A stretch of 64,000 nucleotides of DNA from Raja brachyura (GCA_963514005.1 OY740787.1:67518001-67582000), one strand, 5' to 3'. Positions 13,601-26,039 are shown, numbered from the stretch's first letter. Translations and numbers: made by a program. Notes: generated by a model from the sequence alone, not told the origin.

Positions 13601-16600
13601 AAAGGAAGAATTTAAAGACTTCAGAAATGTAGCATTGGTTCCCATGGAAACATCATCATCAGATGATAGCTGTGATAGTTTTGCTTCAGACAATTTTACG
13701 AACAGTGTAAGTGTAATTTAAGATTGTGAATGCAAAAGAAGTCGACTACAATTACCTGTAATACGATAGTTGCTATACTATAACAAGTTTTCTATTTCTT
13801 CTCAGAAATCTAAATTCAGAACAGAGATCCTGACAGATGAACTGGCTCGGATTTTTAATGAGGATTCTGACGATAATGAATCATTCGATGGGTTCCCTGA
13901 AAGTGACCTCAAAGATGTAATGGAAGCCATGGTATACTGAGCACTGAAACTTCTTCAGATAAACTGAACTTTATTTATCTCTAATCTTTTTTGAAGTACA
14001 GTGATAACTTGGTCAAGTTTTCTATTAATTTGCCTGAAAGACATTATTTTGATTCAGTTGCTCAAATATTTTGCCAGAATCATACCTCCTTGCTGCTTTT
14101 AAAACTCCTATCACAGTATATGTTATAAACAGTGTGACATGTGGAATGGTTTTTTTATGGTTTCTCCTTTGCCTTTTGTTAGGGTCGGAATAAACTAGAG
14201 TGAAGGGTCCCTGGAGTTGTTTGTAATTTGCCTTTTCTGGTAGTCCACCCATTACAATAATCTGAAAGCAGTTTTTTTTGCCAGTAAAGTATAATTAAGG
14301 TTATGCTAATTTTACATCCTGCTTCTGAAGACTGGATTCCGAAATTATCTTTTGTTTGTGGCTTTTACGATTTTCAAAGAAAACTAGAGTTGAAATGTGT
14401 CCATTATTTAGGCCTGCAGTTTTTTAGCTATGTTCCGACCAAAACATGAATACTGCTATTTGTTAAGGAAATCTGATATATCATTTATTTGTTTTGTAGA
14501 GTGTTAAATCTGAATCGGAGGAGGAAATGAGTGATGAAGATATTGAAACAATTCCCAGAACACGAAGCAGACGTTCTTTTCCATTACGTGTGGCTTTCCG
14601 ATTTCCATCTCGGAAAAACAAAAGTGTATCTAGGCCAGTCTCCACTGTTGCCTTAAGCAACGACTCAGCTTCTGAATCTGATTCGGACCTTGATGAACCT
14701 CGAGGATCAAACTTTCTAGAGAAGAGAGCTCTAAACATTAAAGAGAACAAAGCTATGGTAATTGCTACACTTTTTCTAATATATTTGCTCATTGGCTTGA
14801 ATAGATTATCATCCCCCCCCCCCGAAACAAGTGGCTTGTTGGGCCAGAGCAACAGAGCAAGTATAGTTGAAGGTTATCCACATTGCTGTAAGTCTGTAGT
14901 CACATATTGCCAGAAGTAATAAAGTTCCACAAAGATGCATTTTTACTGTAGGTCAGTTGCTTATTCATAGAAAATCCAGCATCGAAGAGGACAATTCATG
15001 TAACGGTCAACTGTGGTGTCATGTTTATGTTGTATGAGAAAAAGCTGTGTAGGATGTTATCTGCTGTAGTTTTTTTTAAATGATATCTAAACCTTTGGAA
15101 GTAGGAGGATTGCTAATTGCCTGATATATGTGAATATTGTGAATGAGTTTACTATATTAGCTGGATGGAGATAATTTGACTGAAGTGACTTCTCATCTTG
15201 GTTGTTTCATGGGCAGGAGGTGTTTGACTTAGTTTGTGCCAAGTCTGAAGTATGACATATGAAGAACTAAGGGAGATGGATGTAGTTCATCACAACCTGA
15301 TACAATCATCTTTGCCCCCCTGACATTTGGACAGGTACATCATTAGGGAAGGTTTAGAGGAACAATGGCCAAATGCAGGCATATGGGGCTAGTGTAGATG
15401 GGACATTTTGGTCGACATGGACAAGTTGGACTGAAGGGTGAGAATTAAAAAAGGTATGAGGAAAAACCTTTCTATCTGGTGTGTGTTTGAAATATGGTAA
15501 ACAGCCTGCAGGTGGGGATGGGGTGACCTTCCAAGAGGAAATTGGATACACTGATGATAAATTAAAAAATGAAGGTGTCAGTTGGTGGAACTAGAGAGAG
15601 TTCTCTACCAGAGCAAGACACTGAATGGCCTCCAGTGCTGTAACCACTCGATGTTTCTAACATGTATTAGAATATATCTATCAAAGGAAGATTATCAGCT
15701 GAAGAAAGGTTTCGGCCTGAAATGTCGCCTATCTGCTTCGCTCCTTAGATGCTGCTGCACCTGCTGAGTTTCTCCAGCCTTTTCTGTACCCTTGATAAAT
15801 AGTAGGGTGCCTTTGTGGCACATTAAAATAAGTGTGTAGGAAGGAACTGCAGATGCTGTTTTAAACCGAAGATAGGCTCAAAAAGCTGCAGTAACTCAGT
15901 GGGACAGGCAGCACCTCTGGAGAGAAGGAATGGGTGACGTTTCGGGTCGAGACCCTTCAGACCTCGACTAGTTGGGCTGTATGATATGTGTCTGGTGCAA
16001 ATTCTATGACTTAAAAGTTTAAGGCAAAATCTACTTTAGAAGTAATGAATACATTAATGTAAAATTTTATTTACATTTTATTAAAGCTGGCTAAACTGAT
16101 AGCGGAGTTGAAAACTGTACCAGGGTTCATTCCACGAAGACTTTCGGTTCAAGCGACTCCATCAGTAAGTGATGACTGGGCATGTTTGTGGTTTGTACTA
16201 AACAGTTCAGAAATGTTGTTGTAATTCTTGCAAGCAGTGCTCATTTAACCATTTTTACAAATTTGATATTGTATGCAACAGCCAGCACCTTGAACTGTGG
16301 AAGGACTGCAATTCAGATTAGTAGAGGTGCCTTTCTAAAAGATTATCGGATAGTGTATAACAAACTTTTTTTTTAAGTCTCCAAAGTGTGTATTTAAAAC
16401 AAATATTAAAATAAGGTCAAAATTACAGAATGTACATCGTTAACTTTAGCAGGAATTTAAAAAAAATGTATTATTGCAATAATTGTGTATAATATTCTGG
16501 ATGTTCTTTGCAAAATTAATTGTGGTTTACCTTCTGTAGAAACACAAACGCCAACCTAGAAATTCTTTCATTGAAGACGTTTCCAGACACAATCCTGAGC

Positions 16601-19600
16601 GCAGTGCTCGACCTCACACTCGGTCAAGATCCTTGGTCGACGGTCCACCTTCACCATCATTTGAGCAAGAAGATAATGTCAGCTTTATGAGGAAAAGAAA
16701 GTTTCTAGATAATGACTTCTCTGAGGTAGAGCCATTAAGTCATTTGTGCTGCTATTAACAACACCTTTCATGGTGCACTGACTTTGCCAGCTTAATCTGC
16801 ATTTCTGGTGGTCACTTGTAAAGTCTAATAACCTTTACAGTTAAAGACTTCATGTTCATAAAAATTATAAGAGATCTATTCCAGTGGTGTCTGCAGTGAC
16901 TGCAATTAAGCACTTGGGAATAAATGCCTCATTAAGAAATACTGAAATATTGAAAGTCAATAAATTTTGTTTTGAAGCACTGTGTAGCACTTGAGGTTGC
17001 AGGTTAGCAGGCAATTTGAAAACGAGCATGTTGAAACAATTGTTCTTGAATATTAGTTTATCCAATAAAAGCATGATATAGCTTTCACAATTTAAACAAT
17101 AGTTTGCAGGGAAATGTTTTAGTTCATCCTTATTTCACATTTATCAAGTCCTGGCAGGGCTAATTAAATTAATACATTAATTTTGCAAAGACTGCTCATG
17201 TAAGCAATTTTGTGCCCTTTTCAACTGCATACTAATTTTGCAGCCCATAAGTCGCTTCGTCAGAATTAACACCTGCTTCTACCTATTAACACGTCTTGCC
17301 CCTCATCTCGGCCTTTATTGCCTCCTTGTTGTATTCTTCCACTGCCAGCTTTACCAGATTTCCATCGTCCAGAAACCTAAGCTCATCCAAAACTACTAGA
17401 ATGGCTGGCCATCTTTTATCGACCGTGGGAACTTCGAATGACACTTGGCTTTCATATAAATGAGGCTTTAAACAAGACTGTTTCATCACCTCTGAGTGCT
17501 TTAGACTGTTAACCTCCATTGTTCGTCCTTCTGTACCCAATACTGTAGAAAGTCCTGATTTACCTTTTTTATTACTTTTATTTTAATGCACATTTAAAAA
17601 ACTTTACTGACCAAACCATTATTTCTCATTTACTACAGTGTCCTAAGTTTCATTTTATCTAGTTATGTATTTGTGGAGCTGATTGTTGACATCAAAAATG
17701 TCACGTAAATTAAGTTGCCTTTTATGTATAAATGTACTTAAATTAGGAGCAGGAAAAGGCCACATTCTCTCAAGCCTGTTCTACCGTTCAGAAAGATTAT
17801 GTGACCCAGTTGTAACTTCAGCTCTGCATTTCTGCCTGCTACCGGTAGTCTATCGTTTATTAAGAATCTATCTATCTGCCTTCAGATTGTTATTATTCTC
17901 TCCCACCACCTCCTGAGGAAGAGTTTTGTGCCTTACGAGAAGGAAAAATTCACGTCCATTCCTTCCCTTAACCCCCTACCTTTCTTTCTCGCCCTCTCTT
18001 GTAAATAGGGAGTTTCCTTATTTTACCTCTGTTAGTTCTCCCACAAGAGAAAACATATCTACGTCCAACAAATCAGGATTTTGTGATGCGTTTTCATTGA
18101 GTATCCTCTCATTCGTCTAAACCCCACCAGATACAAACCTAGCCAGTCCAACCACTCCTCTTAAAGTAACCTATCTTTCCAGCTTTTAAACTTCCAAACT
18201 GCTTCTTTGTAAAAACTAACAAAATATACAGTACTTCAACTGTATATCTCGCGAATACCCTTCATAGCAGAAGCATATCCTGACTTTCGCATTCAATCTC
18301 ATTGGGCATAATCAATAATATCGCATTAAAAATATCCATGGCAAATTGAATCCTGCTAGTTTTCCTAACTACTTGCTGTATTTGCAATTTGAGAATCATT
18401 CTCATGCACCCAGATCTCTGCATTTCAAGCTCTTTCATCTCTTGGATAATGTTCTTTTACATTCTTACTACCACAATTTCACACTTTCCCGTGTTTATAC
18501 TCAATATGCCGGATCTTTGCCCACTCGTTTAACCCTATCTGTATTCCTTTTGTAATTTCCTGATATCCTTTCTCCACTATAGCTACTGCTTATCTTTACG
18601 TCATCAGTAAAATTAACAATCATACCTTATTGTGCCTGCCTCCAAGTCATTTATACACATTGTAAAAAGCTGAAAGTGTAGCACTGATCCCTGTAGAACA
18701 CCTTGATAAATATTGCCAACCAGAAAAAGATCCAGTTCTGCTGACCCAGAAAAGATGAGGTACAAAGGTACGCTAGCCAAGAATATAAAGCAGGATAGTA
18801 AAAGCTTCTTTAGGTATGTGAAGAGGAAAAAAATAGTTAAGACCCAAGTTGGACCCTTGAAGACCGAAAAGGGTGAATTTATTATGGGGAACAAGGAAAT
18901 GGCAGATGAGTTGAACAGGTACTTTGGATCTGTCTTCACTAAGGAGGACACAAACAATCTTCCTGATATAGTAGTGGCCAGAAGATCTGGGGTGACAGAG
19001 GAACTGAAGGAAATCCAAATTTGGCAGGAAATGGTCCTTCTGCAGCCCACAGTGTCTGTGCATGAATACAAGATAAACAAAATTATTCTGATTTGTATTT
19101 GCCTTGCATGTTTATTGAATGCTGAGGTATACAATCCATCTGAAGAAGGGTCCCGACCCAAAATATCACCCAACCATGTTCTCCAGAGGTGCTGCCTGAC
19201 CTGCTGAGTTACTCCAGCACTTCGTGTCTTTTTTAAAGTATACAATCCTAAACTGCCTGTGGCTGAATGCCAATCACATCTGTGCATTTGCATACGTGAA
19301 TGCTTTGTGCAGACAAAAGTGTAAACTTGGGACCATTTAATTTTTCAGCGATTAGATTAGCAGTCTGAATAATTATTTAATGTTGTTTCAGGCATTCTGT
19401 AGATTGCTGAGAGGTTGGTGAACTGTGTAGTGATGCTGACTACTCTGGCATCTCTGTTTACACTCAGGTGGATGTACCTCTTCGCAGAAGAAGCCGACCC
19501 AGCATACTTGCCATCCCTCACGTGGTGCGACCAGTTGAAGACATCACTCAAGAGGAGTTGGAAAATATTTCTTTTTCAGCTAAAGAGAAGGTTTATAATC

Positions 19601-22600
19601 GAGCTACAGTAAGTTTTAGTTTCTCGTGGCATGGATATAAAAACAAGAGGATATAAGGTTAAGGTGAGAGCAATGGCAGTTTTAAAAGGAGCTTTTTTTG
19701 TTCCGCCTGCTACGTGGAACTTGCTGCCAGAGGTAGTAGCGTAGGCAGTACATGGGTAGGAAAGGTTTAGAAGGAGATGGGCCAAATGCTGGCAATGGGG
19801 CATCTTGGCTGGCATGGACGAGTTCATAAGTTCTAGGAGAAGAATTAGGCCATTGGGGCCAACTCTGTTGTGCATGAGTCTGATTTGGTTGTGGTGAAAT
19901 CAGATATTTTCTGTGTTATAAGGGACAAGGCCTTGAATAGGGAAGGCGAAGGATATGGATCTACTGGGGGCAAATGTGATTAGCATGGATGGGCTGTAAG
20001 GTCAGCATGCATGTGGTAGGACGAAGCACCCATTCATGAGCTGTAAACTCTGACCGTTCCTGGAGCTTTCTGCTGGATTTCTAACTTTTGTTGAGTACTG
20101 ATGGCTTTGCTGTTCTATGTGTTTATGGGACGTTATCACACTTGACAGGAAACCGTGAGATCCATTCCATTTAATCGATAAAATATATTATGTGGCGTTT
20201 AAATTAGGAAATTGCTTTTTTTAAATTAACTCGAGCATTATCACTGCTGGCCTTTCAGTTTTGCTCTGTAATGTTCGTTGTTTCTCATCAACTATTGTGG
20301 GTTTGCTAAATAGCAGCTCATGTGGGGTATAAATCTGCAAAATGCTTTTCAATGTTTTCTTTCAGAAGTTAGCGTGGGCAGTGTGACCACCCTTAATAAT
20401 GGCTGTGCCTAATTAGTTCTTCCAGGGTAAATGGCTAAGATCTTGATTTTGATCCAGTAAAGATGCAAATAATTGTAGTTACAAGAAAGATTTGTCACAT
20501 AACATTGAGGTGAAACTGCTGCAACACTTAACCCCAGGCCCTTATGCCCAGCAGTCATGTCTTCCAATTTGAAAGAATAGGACAATTAATTTTTATTAAC
20601 ACACTTTCAATTACCACACTTCTATACAATTTGCATTGAACACATTTTTTTCTGATTTAATTTTAAAACAAGGTTGCATTTGACTTTTATGTTAAAATTT
20701 GCAAGTCCGAGATTCAATTATGGTGTTAAAGCCAAGTTGCAAAGGTGGCTTTGTTTTTAAATGTGAGGAAAATGCTTTTGATCATTTTAATTCACGTTAG
20801 TTTGAAAAGATCTCTTTCTCTTTGCCCCTGTCACTTCCTCTGAGCCCCTCTCCCCAATACTTGCACACTTTTCATTGTTGTTTTTGTGTTCTTTGCAGTA
20901 CAGAAATTTAAAAAGCAATTTTGTTTTCCCTCCGAAGAAACATATCTGTAAAATGTTGGAAAGCATGACCATCTGCTGAACAGTAGTGAAATCAGCTGCA
21001 TAAAAGTTGATTAAACAAAAGTCTGGGGACAAGGGAGCAGGAAGGATTTCTCCAGTCTATACATTGCCCTTTTCGTCAGGCATATCAGGGTGGTGCAGCG
21101 GTAGAGCTGCTGCCTTACTGCCAGAGACCCGGGTTCGATCCTGACCACGGGTGCTGTGTGTACAGAGTTTGTACGTTCTCCCCATGACCTACGTGGTTTT
21201 CTCCAAGATCTTCGGTTTCCTCCCACACTCCAAAGACATACAGGTGTGTAGGATAGTGTTGGTGTGCGGAGATCGCGGACTCGGTGGGCCTGTTTCTCTA
21301 AACTGAACAGACATTCAGGTCAGCATAATCATTAAATTTATTTGTTAATTATAACATGTTAAAGACGTGCAAAAATGAATACAACAACAAAAGGGACTAA
21401 TTAACCTAATTGAGCTCAAAATTAAATGCAAACATTAAAAGCCACACAAAGTTGTTTTTAATAAAATGCTGTTATTTCCCCCAGCAGCAAATCTCTTGCA
21501 TTCGTTGTGGGCCGGTTTTACAGACTGATCTGTGAAATCTGAGCGATTGGGGCTGTCTGACACAGCCCAGTCCTGTGGGTAGTACTCTTTTGCTGTACTG
21601 CCTGTGGTTGGGAATAGCCCATTGTAGTTATCGGCTGCCAAATGCAGGTGGAGATATTTACCCATTCTGTATTTTCTCTCCTCTGTTTGGCTATTGTCTC
21701 ATTCTGCTGTCTGATGTGCCGTGACAAAACTAACATATGTGAACAATCGCTAAAACAATTTCACTGATTATATATACTAAAGGTGATGACATGTCCCTTT
21801 CTCACTTGTAGCCAAAGTAAATCAATATTTCTGTGATGTGCATAATCTTGATGTGTATGTTTTCACTCCTTCAGGGTTCAACGTGCCACCAATGCCGTCA
21901 GAAGACAATTGATACAAAAACAAATTGTCGCAACCCAGAATGTGTTGGTGTCCGTGGACAGTTTTGTGGCCCTTGTCTTCGTAATCGCTATGGGGAACTC
22001 GTTAGGAATGCTTTATTAGATCCTGTGAGTATTAAGTTGCTTTATCAATGTGGCGGTTGTCAAGCTATTTGACTATTATTGACTTTTTATTATCATAGCT
22101 TTCAATTAAGATTGAAAATAAAATCATAGCTTTAATTGCTTGACCAAGAAGCCTCAATGCCTTTCCCCAAAAGGTGTTTCTCTGAAGTTTATTGTTTTAG
22201 AATAACAAAGTAACAAAAGGGCTTATTTTACTGAACAAATTTGGATTTATTAGTTGTGAAACTCATTCAGATTGTATTCTACTAACGGTAAATAATGTGG
22301 CCTTTGTTAGTGATTTCATTGAATATAAACTGCATTGTTTGTTATTAGGTGGGTCATTTAAGATGGATCTCAGCAACAAAATAAATAGTGGGACACTTGG
22401 GTGAAAAACTGGTGGAGGTTTCACACTTCTGCTTTATTCCCCCTCCTCCAGAACTGGCAGTGCCCTCCTTGCAGAGGGATCTGCAATTGTAGTTTCTGCC
22501 GACATCGTGAAGGACGTTGTGCTACAGGTGTTCTTGTTTACCTGGCCAAGTATCATGGCTACGACAATGTCCACGCTTATTTGAAGAGGTGAGCTAAATG

Positions 22601-22706
22601 TTATCATTCTTTTTATCTTTTAAAAATATTTTTATATGCTATATTTTAACTCATGAAAGCATTTTTTTTCCTCAGCCTGAAAAAAGAACTTCAAGTAGAA
22701 GACTGA
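4677..22706 (+). CDS. CDCA7: Cell division cycle-associated 7 (hemimethylated-CpG sensor / HELLS activator), complete 10-exon CDS, 416 aa
   Basis: Exons 4677-4697, 13584-13706, 13806-13931, 14500-14757, 16087-16164, 16540-16725, 19468-19608, 21875-22024, 22452-22588, 22676-22706 all have GT-AG boundaries, sum to 1251 nt and splice into one open frame. [36 protein letters not shown] and NVHAYLKSLK match CDCA7 rather than CDCA7L. Confidence 0.95.
5040..5235 (+). promoter_or_regulatory. Second CpG-rich regulatory cluster in CDCA7 intron 1
   Basis: GTCATGTGAC E-box (5073-5082), GCGGGAAA E2F site (5093-5100), inverted CCAAT (ATTGG 5112-5116), GGCGCGCGG. Confidence 0.55.
8452..8934. mobile_element. 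Tc1/mariner-pogo type MITE
   Basis: Imperfect TIRs ATGTATTTCCCGGCAATGAAAACGC / GCGTCTTCATTGCGGGGAAATATGG flanked by TA on both sides. Confidence 0.75.
9050..9180 (+). mobile_element. Old SacSINE1/DeuSINE-like 3' fragment
   Basis: GGAATCTGCTGTCCTCACCTGG…ATATGTCACTCCAGTCC…CAATAAATGC resembles the recalled shark SINE tail; by eye only. Confidence 0.45.
9211..9450 (-). mobile_element. tRNA-derived V-SINE (HE1-like), partial
   Basis: Same family as 21088-21305: GGCAATTTACAGAGGCCAATTA…CTACAAAC core and CR1-derived tail. Confidence 0.75.
10520..10840 (-). mobile_element. tRNA-derived V-SINE (HE1-like)
   Basis: Full head-core-tail similarity to the other copies in the window. Confidence 0.78.
13584..13706 (+). 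CDS. CDCA7: CDCA7 exon 2 ([41 protein letters not shown])
   Basis: Polypyrimidine tract + CAG acceptor, GTAAGT donor, CDCA7 N-terminal motif. Confidence 0.93.
13806..13931 (+). CDS. CDCA7: CDCA7 exon 3 ([42 protein letters not shown]), acidic FxGF motif
   Basis: ttctcag acceptor, ATG|GTATAC donor (weak; an alternative in-frame GTAATG lies 15 nt upstream). Similar to human ELANVFYEDSDNESFCGF. Confidence 0.85.
14500..14757 (+). CDS. CDCA7: CDCA7 exon 4 (…PLRVAFRFP…[16 protein letters not shown])
   Basis: ttttgtag acceptor, GTAATT donor; overlaps ORF 14527-14919; first half of the HELLS-binding helix. Confidence 0.93.
16087..16164 (+). CDS. CDCA7: CDCA7 exon 5 ([26 protein letters not shown])
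   Basis: AAG acceptor, GTAAGT donor; matches human LAKLMSELESFPG. Confidence 0.92.
16540..16725 (+). CDS. CDCA7: CDCA7 exon 6 ([10 protein letters not shown]…[16 protein letters not shown]…[12 protein letters not shown])
   Basis: ctgtag acceptor, GAG|GTAGAG donor; NPERxARPxTRSRS motif and RKRK NLS. Confidence 0.9.
17741..18735 (-). mobile_element. Degraded CR1 LINE 3' region in CDCA7 intron 6
   Basis: Antisense CR1 3'UTR (ATTAGGAGCAGGAAAAGGCCAC…) and RT remnant GVLQGSVL…FTMCINDLE. Confidence 0.6.
18745..19035 (+). mobile_element. CR1 ORF2 internal fragment (open, young-looking)
   Basis: [20 protein letters not shown]…[34 protein letters not shown]. Confidence 0.85.
19468..19608 (+). CDS. 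CDCA7: CDCA7 exon 7 ([47 protein letters not shown])
   Basis: ctcag acceptor, GTAAGT donor; PHxxRPVEdITxEELEN motif. Confidence 0.94.
21088..21305 (+). mobile_element. tRNA-derived V-SINE (HE1-like)
   Basis: A box TGGTGCAGCGG, B box GGTTCGATCC, V-domain-like GTTTGTACGTTCTCCCC…GGTTTCCTCCCACACTCCAAAGAC, CR1-type tail. Confidence 0.85.
21875..22024 (+). CDS. CDCA7: CDCA7 exon 8, zf-4CXXC_R1 first half ([50 protein letters not shown])
   Basis: ttcag acceptor, GTGAGT donor; near-identical to the vertebrate CDCA7 zinc finger. Confidence 0.97.
22452..22588 (+). CDS. CDCA7: CDCA7 exon 9, zf-4CXXC_R1 second half ([45 protein letters not shown])
   Basis: ctccag acceptor, AG|GTGAGC donor (phase 2). 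Confidence 0.97.
22676..22706 (+). CDS. CDCA7: CDCA7 exon 10 coding part ([10 protein letters not shown])
   Basis: tttcctcag acceptor, phase compatible with exon 9, TGA at 22704-22706. Confidence 0.92.
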
Positions 22707-23737
22707 AGCAATTTATTGACAATGAAACATGTTGAATAGTTTTTTTACCTTTATGATTCACACCATTTAATTTTTTGCTAACTGATATGAACTCTCACAA
22801 ATAACTACAGTTATAGTGAAATCCTTACATTTTTGTATTTTGCAACATAATCAATGATCAAATGGAGCTGGAATGAGGGGAGAGGGTGTTAACAATTTTG
22901 CATGGAGTCTTAAAAAGTGTCCTTGCAGTTTAGTTTGAACTACCATTGGTGTTTCTTACTATTAACATGCTAATTATTTGCACAATGATATGCTGTTTGT
23001 TACAGCAGGTAAATCCTTCGCTCTACTCAATAATCTACTAAGCTACTCTGCTTTTAAATATCATACTACTCAGTTTGCAAGTTTCAAATCATCACTATTT
23101 CAGTCATAGACTAATTGCATCGTTCTCTTAAATCACAACTGGCTGAAATGTAACTAGGATGACTAACATTTTTAAAATACAGCTGCAATTTAGAAAAAAA
23201 ATCAATTTTGAAATAACATTTGAATGAACTATTCATGGCTTTATCAATTATCAGTCTAGCAATTGACCTTGACGGTATTCACACGCTTAGTTTTATAGTG
23301 GAGCAGTTATTAAATCATATGCAGGAGGTGGGGAGGGGTCATAGCCACTTCACTGCATAGGGTGGAAGTGGCAAGTGAAAAACAATTTTTTGCAATTCTG
23401 CCTTCTGCCTCCCCCATTATGCTTGCATTGTGTGTGAAGGATTTACATCACAAAATGCACTCTAGTTGAAGCCATACAAAATTTGAGATAATTTGCATCT
23501 AAAAGGTACTTGAATGCCTGGGAAGGAGGGAGAAGTACTGGTCTTTTGCATTTTAATGCTATGTTTTCCCACTTGCACCACGTTAGAAATCGTATTACGT
23601 GGTCTAATGCTGGCTATTTGCACTCAAAAAGATGAATTTAAGCAGAAGCCATACGTTGTTGGATCAGTAAGCACTTGTTACCAGGATGGTGCCGTTTTGC
23701 TCGTGATGAATACAGTGAAATGGTCAAAATATATTTT

Positions 23738-23743
23738 AATAAA
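23738..23743 (+). terminator. Candidate CDCA7 polyadenylation signal
   Basis: AATAAA about 1 kb after the stop, followed by a T/GT-rich stretch and just before repeats resume. No transcript evidence. Confidence 0.45.
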
Positions 23744-24009
23744 AAATGTTTTAAATTTCATATACTTGAACATGGTGATTACTTGTATTTTTTCTGCAAT
23801 CTAACACGGTGACGGCGATGGAGAAAGAGGTGGGTGAATTGTTTCTGTGCACCTGAAAGGGGTTGTCTCCTTGATTGGATAGATTCCAGGTTCTTGGAGC
23901 AATTCTTCCTAACAATTTCAAGCAATGTGCTGTTTATTCTTTATCCTGGGCCTTCTGGAGGGAGCACAGATCGCAATGTACTGTTTCCTGGTTTGATGGT
24001 ATAGGCAAA

Positions 24010-25330
24010 AAAAAGGGGGCAAGTGAGGAACTCAGCAAGTCAGGCAGCATCTGTCAAGGAATACGGACAGTTGGCACTTAGGACGAATACCCTTCATCTA
24101 AGCAGAGTGGAGGGGAAATGCACCACCATCGCACCCTTTCCTCTCGCCCATACAGAACAAAGATAGAGTGCCTTAGTTGCCTTTTTACCCCACCAGCCAA
24201 GACAACACAACCCCCGCCATCTTCCACTCTCATCATGACACCCTGGTTTGCTCACCCTTGTTTAACCCCAGGAGGTGTAACACCCATCCCTACGCCTCTT
24301 CCCTCCCTTCCATCCAGCCCTTCCAGGTGTGATAGATTCACTTGTACCTCCTCCAATCTTCTGCTCTGTTTACAGTGGCCATCTGAATCTCCTGGTTGCC
24401 AGCCATTTTACTTACCATTTCCACACCAACTTGTCTGTTTTCATTCTTCTCCACTTCCAGGAAGCAGCAACTAAAGAAACAGCACCTTGTTCACATTAGT
24501 TGTCAACAACCCAACGGCATAAACATTGTATTCCCCTATTTCAGGTAACCTTCACCCACTTCTGTCCCATTCTCACTCCTACAATCCATCTTGGTCGTCC
24601 AACACCCACCCTATGGCTCTGCTTTGTTCCCCTTTCGATCCCCCACTCCTCTCCATCCAGACCGCAAGCAATAGCCCAGACTATCACACAAACCAGCCAC
24701 CCTTCATACTGCCTCGGTAAGGCTGCCAGCATAATCGAGAACCAGTGTCACCCCTCTTCTCCCCTTTCCCATTAGGTACAGAAATATGAAAACATTTTCT
24801 TTCCAGATGTTATCAGGCAACTGAACAGTCTTCTCATCAGCTAGAGTATGGTTCCCGACCTCACATCTGCCTCATTGGAGACGTTTTTGAACCATCTTTA
24901 ATTGGACTTCAGTATTATGTCTTTGCGCCAAATGTTGTATTCTTTATCTGGGACCTGCTTGATTGTCTTCGTGTATGGACGTCTTTGACTGGATAGCACG
25001 CAAACACAAGCTTTTCACTGGACCTGATGACAATAATAAACTAAACTTGTTCCCATCTGCCACCACCCTCATTCAGTTCCATTATTTACCTTCCTTCCCT
25101 TTAGATTCCATAATCTGCAGCCTTTTGTTCTCCACCCTTCCTAACATTGTTATCTGCCCTTCTTCTCCCCCGGTAACTCCTGTCGTCCTATCCCTTACCT
25201 GCCCATACAGGCCACTTACCACCTTTCAGTCCATATGAAGGGTCTTAACCCGACTGTCCATTTCCCTCCACAGATGCTGCCTGACCTGCTGAGTTTCTCC
25301 TTGTTCTGCTACATACTCCACAATCTACAA
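24010..25330 (+). mobile_element. Degraded Penelope-like element with nested Rex1/RTE-like 3' fragment (about 24690-25047)
   Basis: GIY-YIG remnant (RFTCTSSNLL; GTTGCCAGCCATTTT), inverted terminal repeats at about 24020-24100 and 25235-25300, LINE tail …GACAATAATAAACTAAACT. Confidence 0.6.
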
Positions 25331-25532
25331 TCACGAGCTCTCTGATAGTGCATTAAGTGAATAGTTTATATTAAAAGGATCCTGATAACTTGTAACTACA
25401 CTTTGTGACAGTTGTGCTGCATGTTTTGTTCTTGCAAACAGAAAGACTTACCTCACTCAATTCAAGATGCTCAATAATTGCCACTGTAAACCATGGACAA
25501 AAGATTAATGTGCCGCATCTGCCTGTGACCAA

Positions 25533-25795
25533 AGGCAGTAAATTGGTAGAGCCGGTGCCTCACCACAGACCCTGGTTCGGTCCTGATCTTTGTGGCTGTC
25601 GATGAGGAGTTTGCACATTCTTCCTGCGACTACATGGGTTTCCTTTGTGGGTTGTAGGTTAATTGGCCTCTCAATTGCTCCTAGTGTGTAGTGAGTGGAT
25701 GAGAAAGTGGGATAACATAGAATCAGTGCAAACGGGTGATTGATGGACAGGGTGGGCCGAAGGGCCTATTTCCATGCGTTATCTCTAACCTAAAG
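25533..25795 (+). mobile_element. tRNA-derived V-SINE immediately beyond the dynein stop codon
   Basis: GGTTCGGTCC B box, conserved core, GGGCCGAAGGGCCT…ATCTCTAACCTAAA tail. Confidence 0.78.
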
Positions 25796-25804
25796 CGACT
25801 ATGC

Positions 25805-26039
25805 TTACACACACCGAACAGTAAAGCAACACCAGCAAGAACCCATTTTGCAGGTTTCTCTTTTGTCTTCAGATTGAAAGTCCAGACATCGGTGGGTCCT
25901 CTCAATTTTGTTTTGTAAACAGGACATTCATAAATATTTCTCATTTCCTGTTTATGATTGGGATTGCTTTAACAAATATAACAGGCATCATGGGTGTAAG
26001 TTCTTTCAGTCGAGCTTCTGCTGCATGACCATTCTGCTC
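25805..26039 (-). pseudogene. Dynein terminal pseudo-exon …[66 protein letters not shown]
   Basis: Canonical dynein C-terminus. RWDT codons missing after the acceptor, 1-nt deletion at 25955/25956, and the probable original TAA (25805-25807) pushed out of frame by an extra TG. Confidence 0.93.

Noticed and set aside
4677-22706. Calling the gene CDCA7L because it abuts a DNAH11-like gene
   Set aside because: Zinc-finger and N-terminal residues match CDCA7 ([19 protein letters not shown]) rather than the recalled CDCA7L (GILIHLAKFYG, NVKEYLES).
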